A stretch of 50,361 nt of DNA, from the NCBI RefSeq assembly GCF_000315625.1, contig NW_005434601.1, positions 75,122 to 125,482 on the forward strand, given 5' to 3'. Positions 24,378-35,823 of this stretch are shown here, in pieces. The stretch comes from Guillardia theta CCMP2712 (taxonomy: Eukaryota > Protista > Cryptophyta). Numbering within the stretch: the stretch's first letter is position 1; each line of letters opens with the position of its first letter. Made by a program: the position numbers and the translations under genes. Below the pieces are notes generated by a model. The model saw nothing but the letters and a program-made list of their open reading frames with translations, did no database searches and was not told where the DNA came from.

Positions 24378-27376
24378 ATGAGGGCAATCAAGGAGGCAAA
24401 CCTTCCGGCGAGTCGAGATGACATGCGAGAGCGGCTGCTGCTGGATGAGGACAAGTTTGTGGACCTCCCGGGGGTGGGAGGAGAAGGAAGGGGAGAGCAG
24501 GTGGAGATCGAGAAGTCGGAAGGAATGCCGTCGCAGGGACATGTCGTCTCCAATGGTAGCGCGCGCAAGAATGAAGCTGCAAGTGATGGACGAGGAGGAC
24601 GTACGAGTAGCGAGGAAGATCCTCCAGGAGCTGAGAAGCAACATGATGAGGAGGAGGGTACGTCTGACAGCTGTCAAGAACATGACCTCAACCGTCGGCG
24701 GCGGAAGAGGGTGAGGTATAGGTTTGCAAGCCTGTCGTTCATCCTCCTCACCCTCGTCGTCTTGGTCTCCTTCTTTGCTCTGGGATTCTGGCGGGGATGG
24801 GACAACTGGATCCAGCTCAGTGCGGTCACTTCGATCTCCGACCTTCTCGATGAGGAGTTCTGGAAGAAGAACGTGACCCCTTGCTGCCTTGTTTTCCTCT
24901 TCCTCCTCTTCTCATCTCTCGCTATCTGCCTGAGTCCTGCAGAAGATGCAGAGCTGAAGAGATCGTCTCCCTTCGATCACGCAAGCGCTGCATCCGTCGC
25001 CACCTTCTGGTGGGTGTTCCCGACCTTGATGACAGCGAGGAGGAACAGGAGGCTGACTGCTGCCGACCTTCCTCCTCTCTCCTTTCACGACCTGCCATGC
25101 AACCTCCGCAAGAGCTTCACAGACATCGTTGATCGTCGACCGCACGTGCTGTCTTCACCCTGGAGCCTGTGGTGGACCGTGACGTTCAGCGCACAAAAGT
25201 CAGTGTTCCTTCACTCCTTCTTCTCTGGCTGGGCCTTCTTGGGAGCGATGTTCATGGATCCCATCCTCCTCAAGCTCCTCCTCTCCAGCGCCAGCGAGCA
25301 GGGACAGGAGGAGCAGGACGTGGCAAGAGCACTCCAGTTCCGCCTGCTCGTCGTTGCCCTCCTGTTTCTCAGCATGCTGCTGCGAGTGACATGTATGGAG
25401 CAGTGCTACTTCAACTCCCTCCGAGTGGCAAACAACGCAAGATCCATCCTCATCATGAGCGTCTTCCGCTCTGCCCTCAAGTCTCACAGGTCAACAGCTG
25501 AGGCTGGAAGGCTGACCAACCTCCTCGCCACGGTTCCCCTTCCTCCTTCTGCAGGCTGTGCTCGTTGCTGACCCTTGCCCCCCAGGACGTGGACAAGGTC
25601 GGCAAGTGCGAAGCCGTTGTGTGGTCTCTTGCCTGCTGCACCTGGGCCCTTCTCTCCCTCCCCGGCGTTATCTTCATGACGTTTCGCCTCGTCGGACGAG
25701 CAGCGTTCGTCGGCATCGCGACGCTTGTCCTGTGCAACCAGATCGCCTCTGCTCTCAGCAAGAGGACGCAGCCGGTGAGAGCTGAGAGGGGAGTGGAGGA
25801 AGCGAGCAGCGGTGAGGTGACTGTGAGCAGGTCGTCAGGAGGCTGCAGGAGCTGAGAGATGTGCGGGGAAGTCTTCTGCTGGGGCTGCTGAGAAGCATGC
25901 GGCTGGTGAAGCTGGAGGGCTGCGAGGCATCATGGCAGGAGCGGGTCGAGGCTGCGCGAGGGGAGGAGATGAAGTACCTTGCTCAGATGCGGTACATCTC
26001 TGCCTCCAACGTGCTCGCCGGCTCGCTGTTCTCTCTCGCTGTCCCCGTCTCCATCTTCAGCTTCTACTCGCTCGTGCAAGGGAGGCTGCTGGAGGCGACC
26101 ACCGCCTTCACCGCGCTGGCATGGATCAGTCAGATGCAGTGGACGATCAACACGCTGCCGGGCATCTACAACATGCTGGCGACGTTGAAGCCTTCCTTCC
26201 AGCGCATCTCAGACTTCTTGAGCTCCTGCCAGCACCTCGACTCTTCTCCCCTCACCTTGGGCAGATCGCGAGAGCGCCCTGCTGACCTCCTTGCCCGGGT
26301 CAAGCTAAGAAATGTCTTCCACCACTCTCAGCCACCAGCTGGAGATGACGAGGTCGTCCCGCACGAGGAGGAAGCGGCAGGATCGCCGCAGACTTGTCAG
26401 CTGTTTGACATCCAGGTGAGGGCAGGCGAGGTTCTCCTGCTCCTCGGCGAGATCGGCAGCGGAAAGTCAACTCTGCTGTCGCTCATGTCAGGAGCGAAGC
26501 CCGCGAGGTCGATGGAGGTGGAGGTGACGAGGAGGAGGGCGTACGTGAGTCAGATCCCCTTCGTCCTCAACGACACGATCAGAGCTAACGTTCTCTTCGG
26601 CCTCGACCTCGACGAGCAGAGGTACAGAGACGCCATGGCCAGGTCGCAGATGGCCAAGGACATCGCCGGCATGGTGGACGGGGACGCGACGCTGGTCGGG
26701 CGGTCGGGGGTGCAGCTGTCGGGAGGGCAGAAGTCTCGTCTGGCGCTTGCTCGCGCCCTCTATGCCGACGCGAAGATCGTCTTCCTCGACGACGTGTTCT
26801 CTGCCGTGGACGCGCAGACAGGCAACGCGATCTGGGAGGAAGCGATCGAGTGGCTGGTCGCGCGGGGCGTTGGGGTTGTGCTGGTGACGCACCAGCTGCA
26901 GCTGCTTCTCCGGCCTCAAGTCTCGCACGTCGCCTTCCTGTCCCAAGGGCTCGTTACCTCCTATCACGCCGTCTCCGAGCTAGACCGATCACTGGCTGGC
27001 GACGGAAATCAACGAAAGCGGCAGGAGGCGGAGGATGTTGAGGGAGAGGACAGGACGGGGATGAGGAGGATAGAGGATCTGATATCTCGATACCAGCTGA
27101 AAGATGCCAACCAGCGGCTTCGAGCTGATCGCCAGCAGGTCGACGAGCCGGACCGGCAGGTCAGGGAGGAAGGCGTCTGCGTTCAGACGTGTGCCAGAGT
27201 CATTACAAACCACCTGAAGAAGCTGCGAGGGTGAGAACGAGCCTCCGTCTCTCCCTCCCTCCAGCGATCCATCCCGCTCTACTGCTCTCTCTATCTCCCT
27301 CTTGACCTCCCTCCCGCCCTCCAGCTATCCCTCTCTCCCTCTTTACCTCTCTTCCTCCTTCACTTCCTTGTCCTCC

Positions 27377-27423
<47 letters not shown>

Positions 27424-30400
27424 CCTCCTCTTCTGCCGCCCTCTCTCCTTCGTCCTCTCTTCCCTTTCTTCGTCATGACTCGTGGGACAGGAAGAGGATC
27501 GATGATCGAGTCATCGAGACGCTCCGAGCTGTGATGCTGGATGGGCTTAAGGAGGTGGAGGCGAAAAGGGACGGGCTGATCTCGTGGGAGGACTTTACCA
27601 TCTACTTGAGAGTGTTCGGGAGCTGCTGGAGCCTTTCTTTCCTCCTCCTCTCCGTCCTCCTGTGCAGCCTCCTCTCCGTCGGATCGAACGTCTACCTCTC
27701 TAGCTGGGTGGACAGTAACCAGCGATGCAATCAGACTGCTGCTGCTGGGGAGAGTGACGGTGCTGACGCGTGCTCGAGGAGGAGCCAACAGGAGTCTCTT
27801 ATCGTCTACTCTGCTTTCGGCGGCTGCTCCTCTCTGTTTGTCACCGTCCAGTCCGTCCTCCTCACCCTCTGCGCGCTCAAGGCGTCGCGAGCTCTGCATG
27901 CGACCATGTTGGACAATGTGCTGAAAGCGCCGATGGTGAGGAGAGAGGAGGAGAGGACAGAGGGTAACAAGAGGAGATGAAGAGATAGTGAGAGGAGGAG
28001 ATGGAGGGGATAGGGGAGGGAGGACGGAGAGGAGGAGATAGCGAGAGGAGGCAGAACAGGAGCAGGAGCAGGAACAGGAGCAGGAGTAGGAGCAGGAGCA
28101 GAAGGTGGAGGGGGAGGGTTGCTGGAGGGGACAACTTGACTTTCACCTCAGAAACTCTTCGACGAGACGCCGGTCGGGATGATCTTCAACAGATTCGTGC
28201 AGGACCTTGCCAACATTGACAATTTCGTCCCCGACGCCGTCCTTGACCTCGCCTCCAAGACTCTCTCGGTCCTCACTCAGCTGTCCCTCGTCATCATTTT
28301 CGCTCCCTGGACGCTCCTCTCCCTCCCGCTCATCCTCCCCCTCTACCTGTTCATCTTCTCGGCCGTGCGCATAGCAGGTAATCCACTCCCTGACCTCCTC
28401 CCTCCTGCTCAACCTGCTCAGCTCGTGACTCGCGGAGGCTCGAGAGCATCGCCCACTCGCCGGTGTACACGCAGTTCAACGATGCTCTAGAGGGCCTTAC
28501 GACAATCTCCGGTACCACAAGACACCTTCCTACCCAGCTACCCTCTCCTCCTCCTCCCTCTCTACCCACCTAGCCTCTCCTCCTCCTCCCTCTCTACCCA
28601 GCTGCCCTCTCCTCCTTCTCCCCTTCCTACCCAGCTACCCTCTCCTGTTTTCTCCCTCTGCCCCGTACAGCTACTCTCCTCTCAATCTCTCTCAGCACAG
28701 CTACCCTCTCCTCCCTTCTCACTCTCAACTGTCTCAGCATTTGGAGCGCAAGCCAGATTTCTGCGAAGGAACGAGGAACTGATACAGCAGATGTCTGTTG
28801 CAAAGGTCTCCTCCTCCTGCTCCTCCTCCTCTCCTGCTTCTCCTCCTCCTCCTCCTCCTCCTCCTGCTTCTCCTCCTCCTCCTCCTCTACCTGGCATGAC
28901 GATTCTCTGGCAGGTCGGCAACGAAGCTGTGTGCAAGTGGGCGCAGGCCCTGACGACGCAGACAGGAAGCGTCCTGTACCTGGCGTGCGGCCTCGCATCG
29001 ATATACCTCCACCATGTCCGGCAGATGTCAGCGGCCGAGATGGGGCTGGTGCTGCTGTATGCCAACACGCTGCAACGAGCGTTCATGGACTACATGATGA
29101 CCTTCACGCGGCTCGAGACTCAGTTCATCTCGGTGGAGCGAGTGGCGGAATTCTGCCGGCTCGAGGAGGAGGAGGAAGTCACTTCCTGCAGCCATGGTAA
29201 GAGAAGTGGCAGGAGGGCGGGGGAGGAGATTGTTGAACCACCTCGTCCTCCTGCCTCTCACCCTCACGGCGAACAAGGAGGCGGAGCGAGGAGGAGAGGA
29301 GAAATCGTCTTTGACAACGTCTCCTTGCGTTACGAGTTTGACAAGCCAAGAGTTCTCCGCGGCCTCAACCTGCGCGTGCGAGCTGGGACGAAGGTTGCGC
29401 TATGTGGGAGGACAGGATGTGGCAAGAGCTCGTTGTTTGCTGCTCTCTGTCGCCTCTACCCCATCAGCAGCGGCACAATCAGCATCGACGGGGCTGATAT
29501 CGCAACATGGCCTCTGAAAAAGCTTCGATCGTCCATGGTAAGAAGCTCACATGTGCTTTTGACATTGCACTGACATCTCTTGTCTTGTCTTGTCTTGTCT
29601 TGTCTTGTCTTGTCTTGTCTTGTCTTGTCTTGTCTTGTCTTGTCTTGTCTTGCCTTGCCTTGCCTTGTCTTCGTCTTGTCTTGTCTTGTCTTGTCTTGTC
29701 TTGCCTTGCCTTGCCTTGCCTTGCCTTGCCTTGCCTTGCCTTGCCTTGCCTTGCCTTGCCTTGCCTTGCCTTGCCTTGCCTTGCCTTGCCTTGCCTTGTC
29801 TTGTCTTGTCTTGTCTTGTCTTGTCTTGCTTGTCTTGTCTTGTGATCCACAGAAAGTAGTCGCACAAGACGCACTTCTCCTCGAAGGAAGTCTCCTTGAC
29901 AACCTCACCTCCTTCACGGGGAGCGATTCCCCTGACCTTCGCAGAGACATCTGGCGCGTGCTGGAGCATGTGGGGCTGAAGGAGAAGATTGACAGGCTGC
30001 CAGGAGGGCTGGACGCGAACATCAGGCAGGACGACTTCAGCGAGGGGGAGCGTCAGCTACTCTCTCTCTCCCGCGCTCTCATCAGCACCAAGTCCAACAG
30101 CACGGAAACTCCGCTCATCCTCCTGTGCGACGAGCCGACGAGCAACGTTGACTACGCTAACGACGAGAGAGTCCACAGGGTGCGAGGGGAGGAGGAGCGA
30201 AAGGGGACGTAACTTTACCCGCAGGTGATATTGGAACTTCCATGCACAGTCATTATGATCTGCCATCGCCTCCAGTACATCGCCTCCTTCGACCAAGTCG
30301 TCGTGCTCGAGGACGGCTCTGTGCTCGAGCAGGGAAGTCCGTCCGAGCTACTTGCGGAACAAGGTCAGGAGATCTCTTGCGGCCCGATGGCCTGACGAGC

Positions 30401-30496
30401 ATTGCAGGGAGCGGGAGGCTCCGGCAGCTATGCCTGCATGCTGGCCTTGACCCTGACGAGATGAGATGGAAGGGACAGGAAGACGATCAACGCTGA
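24378..30496 (+). CDS. ABC transporter, subfamily C (MRP-like), full TMD-NBD-TMD-NBD
   Basis: NBD1: GEIGSGKST, AYVSQIPF, LSGGQKSRLALARALY, IVFLDDVFSAVD. TMD2: FDETPVGMIFNRFVQDLANID, RRLESIAHSPVY, ISVERV. NBD2: GRTGCGKSS, FSEGERQLLSLSRAL, LLCDEPTSNVD, ICHRL. Confidence 0.95.
27378..27424. repeat. (GGCT)n tetranucleotide microsatellite in an ABCC intron
   Basis: Directly visible. Confidence 0.95.
29578..29842. repeat. Pentanucleotide microsatellite (TCTTG)n/(CCTTG)n filling ABCC intron 29538-29852
   Basis: Directly visible; it explains the spurious QDKTR/QGKAR and LVLSC/LALPC ORFs. Confidence 0.97.
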
Positions 30497-30612
30497 GCAA
30501 GGAGAAGGGACTAAGAAGTCATATTAAGGAGCAGGAGGGATAAACAGGTCATAGTTTGAGCAATCTACATATATACATACATATATACATGTTCACATGC
30601 TACATCACTAGC

Positions 30613-33600
30613 TCAGCGAGCAGCTGCTATGAAGCCCCTCTCCAGCGCCCTCCTCTCAGCGCAAACTTTGCGGCTGCTCTTGGCAATGTCCTTGTTGGGC
30701 GTCAGGCACTGAGGAAGAGGCTCCCGCCGGCTGCCGGGCTGACGATCGTCGGAGGAGGTCACTTGCTCCGAGGAGCGGCTCCGAGCCTGTCCACCACCAT
30801 CACACGAGTCCTACTCCATCAGCCTCGCGCGCCTACCGGTGCCGACAACTCGTCATCCTGCGATCTCAGGACCCGCCCCTTGGAACGAGACCTTCTCGGA
30901 GAGCATCTGCTCAGCACGTTCTTCCCGTGCGCATCTTCCAGACGCTGTGGGGGAGAGTCAGAGGGAGAGTCAGACGCAGGAGAGCGGGGGGGATTGGAGG
31001 AGGGAGGAGTGAAAGTGAGCGAGGAGAAATCTTTCTGTCTGCCGTCGCTGCAGAACGAAGACGATTGACCGTCATGTCCAAACTTGACAGCAAAGATACT
31101 TTCGGTACTTATGGAGCCGCACGAGCCACAAAAGAGACTCGGCGGTTCTTGGAAGCACCAACAAGGGTTGAAGGAGTGAAGAATACCTTGAGCAAGCGAA
31201 TCCCGTCCTCTACCGATGCTCGACCGTTTTTAGCTTCAAGGGCATAAATCTGGAATGCGTCCCCAAAGAGTCTTGTTGAGGGGGGGGACCTGCAATTCTT
31301 GCTCATCTTGTCCAAGACCTGAGAGGTGTTTCAAAAAATCTCAAGTATTGAGGCAGGAGAAACCTTCTCGCACTCTTTCAGTGAGGCTTGATTGTGAGCG
31401 GCCGATGCTGAGGCGACTTGAAAGAACCCCTTGTAAAGTGCAGGATGGTGTGATATTCCTAGCTCTTGAGCTTGTTCGATGAGTTTTTCAGCATCAGGAA
31501 CTGTTGCAAACCCCCATGCTGCAGAGTAAACGTGAACCTGTAAAAAAATGTCAGATGGGTCGCACATTACGCTGCCGAAAGATCACCTGCATCGCAAGGA
31601 TAAAGGTTTCAAGATCTGGAGAAAGATACAAAGCCCTCATCCTGTCGATAATTCTGTGCGCATCTTTGCTGCTACTCTGGCCGTAACGACTGGAAGATAC
31701 TGCAATCTTCATAATCATCTTGAGTTCATCTTCACCTGGATTTGGCATTGATCAAGAGGATGAGTGAAATAGGGTATATCAAAATAACCTTCACAGATTC
31801 CATCATTTCTCATGTTCTGTACGACCATGTATGCTTGCGCAACAGAAGACCTTCCCATGCTCGCCAGTCCAGCTATAACCCCGAGCTGCAAGCGGTAGAT
31901 TCCAGCATCTTTGCCAATACCCTCCTGTTTCATTCGTTCCAAGACCCTCTCTACATGGGTCATGTTTGAGCTACCATGGTAAGAAGCTCCTTCAATCAAC
32001 TGGTAGCAAACCGTTAGACTTGTTGGCTTTTTCAGATGCCATAAACCTACCTCCAACAACTTGTAGAAAGTCATGTAGGTGGGAGTGATCCCAGCTTCCA
32101 TCATTCGATTTAGAACCGCAAAACCATCGTCTGCACATGCATGTCCTGCACGAGCAGCACCCGCTTGTGCATGCATCATAGAATTGTACATAATAATATC
32201 ATAGATGCTTCTTTCGATCAGTGTCCGATTGCTTGATCTTCTCTGGAAGAGGTCGTCAAAGTTTCGTTGCATCTCTTTCAACATTTCCCCTAGTTTGAAT
32301 CGTTGGACTTCATCCAAAGGTTCAGCTGAAATCTCATCTGCTTGTTTTTGGCCCTCTTTCTCCATTCTCCGCGATTCTATTTCACGATGGTCTAAGGCAA
32401 GTTGAGCGTTCTCTTCTATGCTTTGAACAGTATCATTCACTTCTTCAGTGTCTGCAAAGCCTTGATGAGTGATCGAAAGTTGATTTCTTCTCATCGAGAG
32501 GAAGGTTTTCTTCATCGATTCTTTATCTGGTTGTGACTGAATCTGATTTGAACCCGATCCACGTTTGGACCCCTGCAAAACAAAGTTCATCACAGACCGG
32601 TACGCAACTTAGAAAACCAAACTCACATTCGAAATCAGCCATCTCATTTCTTTCTTCAGACGATTTTGAACGAGGTGGCCTCTACCACCATTCACAACTG
32701 CCAGAAGATTGTTTGCCGGAGCAAGATTGTCGTCTCCAAGCACTTCATCATGCTCCGACAGATTCTCTGCGTGACTGACATCTTCCTCAAGTTCGTTCAG
32801 ATAGTATTGATCGAACGGAAGTGGCAAATGCTCTGCCTCTTTGTGAAGATCGACGTCGCCTCGTGGACTCACACTGCTGGCTGGAAATTCAATCCTGAAA
32901 TTCTGGTTTTGATAACTGTTTCCACTTGCTAACTGCATGGGCTGATCCAGTATCAAGTCAGGCACACCAGCAGGGTATCCGGTGCTGTATTGTGGTTCTT
33001 CGGGCAGTGATAGGTAAGATCGTGGAGATTCGTTCAAACTGCAATGAAATCAAAGTGAATCCTGATGATATGAAAGATAATTGTTAATCTCACTTTTCTG
33101 CGTATACGGTTGAGTGAGTGATATCTGAATGTTCGAATGCTGCAGGCGGATTTCGGTTGTAAGGGTCGTCGAAAAAATCGTTCTGGAAGGACATGTCAAA
33201 ACAGAAGCCCCTTCTTCGAACGGTGAAAGGATAAAGAAGTACCTTACGAATATCATCATTCTGAGTGTGACTTGTTTGCATGCCTGCTTGCTGCACAGGG
33301 CATCGGTTGTAAACTGTCATTTGAGTTGCATCCGTTGGAAATTTCGACTGAAAAAGGCGTTCAGTCTTGCTTTGTGATCAGGTCATGATCACGCAGCTTA
33401 CATTCAGGTCGCGTGATACATCTTCCTCTCCAGTCCTGTGATGAATCAAAATCAGGGCTGTATTGATCGGAATTCACGCTATCAGATCGCACCTGCTCCT
33501 TTGAGGATACCGTCCTCTGTGTCTCAGTGCTTCCAGTTTCGATATCAGCGTCCAACGCTCATCTACATTGTCATGACCTGTTGCATGATATTGTGAATGA

Positions 33601-34446
33601 CCCTTCTTTGACCATCTTTCTTGTACCGTACTCCAACGGATTGCCTAAATTACCTCCAATTGCAGATCCAGTGAAACCATTGCCACCTTCCAAGGGTAAA
33701 ACATGAGTGCTGTGATCTGGTCTTCATGCACAACAAATCACCCAGATCAGGTATGGAATTGCCTTGAAGATTATGCGAACCAGGATCATTCATATCTTGG
33801 ACGAAAGAATCATAACCTACACAAGTCGATCAATCGTTGAGGCACAAGCAACTATCGCGCGACCCTCACCATTCCCAGGTGTATCATCGCATCCAGGCAT
33901 GCCGAATTGTTGGAACTGAGGCATGTTGTACAATGAAGGATCAAAGTCTGGAGGAAATGCTGAAGGTGATGTTGGCGATGTCGAAGAACTTTGGTGCTCC
34001 GGCATCAGGATATGGGCCAGCGAACCTTGCTCAGGAGGGGGTTGAAAAGAGAAATGGTTGTTGCCACTTGGAGGCCAGTATGAAGGAGGATACTGAGAAT
34101 GCACGCATCGTTCAGATGTGGGAGCTCTGGGAAATCCAGACGCGAAATCTCCCATCATCTCTGTACAACCGCAGGGTTGGCACGCAACGATGATCGCGAG
34201 CGAGTAAAGCACTGCCGAAGCCCTCCGCCAGGTGTTCGAGACCGACAGTCCTCCTCGTCCATCCTCTCTGAGCATCGAGATCCATTCACCTCGACGCCGA
34301 GAGGTCCTCTGTCCCCTTGCGCACATCCCAGCCCCTTGAGTTTCATGGCATGCTCTTTCGCTCGAACTTTGAGACGCATCTCTTCGTCGACCTGGTGGCT
34401 CAACGGATGGCAACAGTTCCTTCCAGACGGAGGGGCTGAGCTTCAT
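30613..34446 (-). CDS. PPR-like helical-repeat protein (40-aa repeats) with N-terminal hydrophobic/signal segment and long low-complexity linker
   Basis: Spliced exons from 32188 to ~30920 give about 7 tandem units with PPR-like residues (YNSMM...VLNRMMEAGITPT; VLERMKQEGIGKD; IIDRMRALYLSPD). The N-terminal ORF has WRRASAVLYSLAIIVACQPCGC. Start codon and linker exons are approximate. Confidence 0.75.
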
Positions 34447-35823
34447 GTTGACTTGAAATCCCTTGTAAGCCTCTGCTAGCTCGCTACCTCTCCTCCTCCT
34501 CCTCCTCCTTGCTCATCCCTGCCTCAATCACTGCATGCATCTCGTCATTCACTCTCCACGCCCCACCAAGCGCAGCAACCACCCCAATTCTGAGAGTGTT
34601 TCAAAACAACCATATACACCCCTTATATTGATGGAAAAATTAGATACACTTTCAATAATTGAATGAAAAAGCTATATTATAAAATTTTAGTTAAGTATTG
34701 ATATACTTCATCACCCCAGTCACAATATCTAATCTACCTGCCCCCTAATGATAGAGTTCTATCGGCGTTCGATTCACAGGGCTTCATTCACTCCAAAATT
34801 AGTTGGCGATGAGGTACCCCTAGACTTCCCTTTCTTCTTAGGAAGAGGCAGGTAAGATAGGGGTGATGACCCCTCAAATACCTTTTTTGAAAACGCCAAT
34901 TCCTTGCCTGCCATCTCGTTCCAAAAGCACAACGCTTCACAAACTGATGATGAATGGAGGGTAAAGCAGGGGTAGTTTTACAGAGAAGGGTAGGGGTGAT
35001 ATAAATGGACCAACTTGTAGCCAGGGCCAGGGGCGTAGCATCAAAAGGTAGGTGGTAAGGAGGGATTGGAGGGGTGCCAATATTCCATAGGTACTTGTTG
35101 GGTAGGGTGGGGGTAGGGTGGGGTTGGTAGCAAGCCAGAAAGAGACCGTTACTTTGAACCGGGAAGACCGTTATGATTTACCGTTATGTGACGGTTTCAG
35201 AACGCATTGGGCAAAGGGGACGATGTATCGAACGTTACCATTGTTTTGTAACGGTTATTTGAATTTTTTTGCCCGTTAACAACTTCATCAGAGGGAGGGT
35301 AGGGTGGTGGTAGAAGTGAATCAAAGGACCCCTCCTGTGATAAAGTGTCAACAGTGCACAGACCCATTCTTCCCTAGAGGGAGAGGGGGGTGGGGGTACA
35401 GGCAGGGATGGGTCGCAGGTGTTGTGTGGAGGGTTGGATGTCTACAACGAAGGGGTAGGTGGTTAACCCCTGCCCGTTCAAATACCCCCGGTTTTCCCGG
35501 AGAAGGAGGGGTGGTCGATACCTTGATTCTACCCGCCATGTTACATGGCTATGCGAACGTAAGACGCGTGCATGCATCCCTTGGAGCTCGTGTCCTTGTA
35601 CATGCTGCTTCTGTCTCCTCCTCTTTCAAGTTTCATCCTCCTCTCCGTTCAGTCTACCTTTCCTCTGCACTTGATGCCATCATGAACCTCGCAATCATGA
35701 CCTAGGATCCATGCTTCCGAACTCGTGGATGGTTGCTTGAAGTCATCTAGATGCTGCTGATCTTGTCCTTCTGATGTCCTCTGGCTTCCATCATCACCAA
35801 CCACATGCTCGCAGAGTCATCCC

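Noticed and set aside
29456-30212. ORFs with QDKTR/QGKAR or LVLSC/LALPC pentapeptide repeats
   Set aside because: They are translations of an intronic pentanucleotide microsatellite within the ABCC gene.
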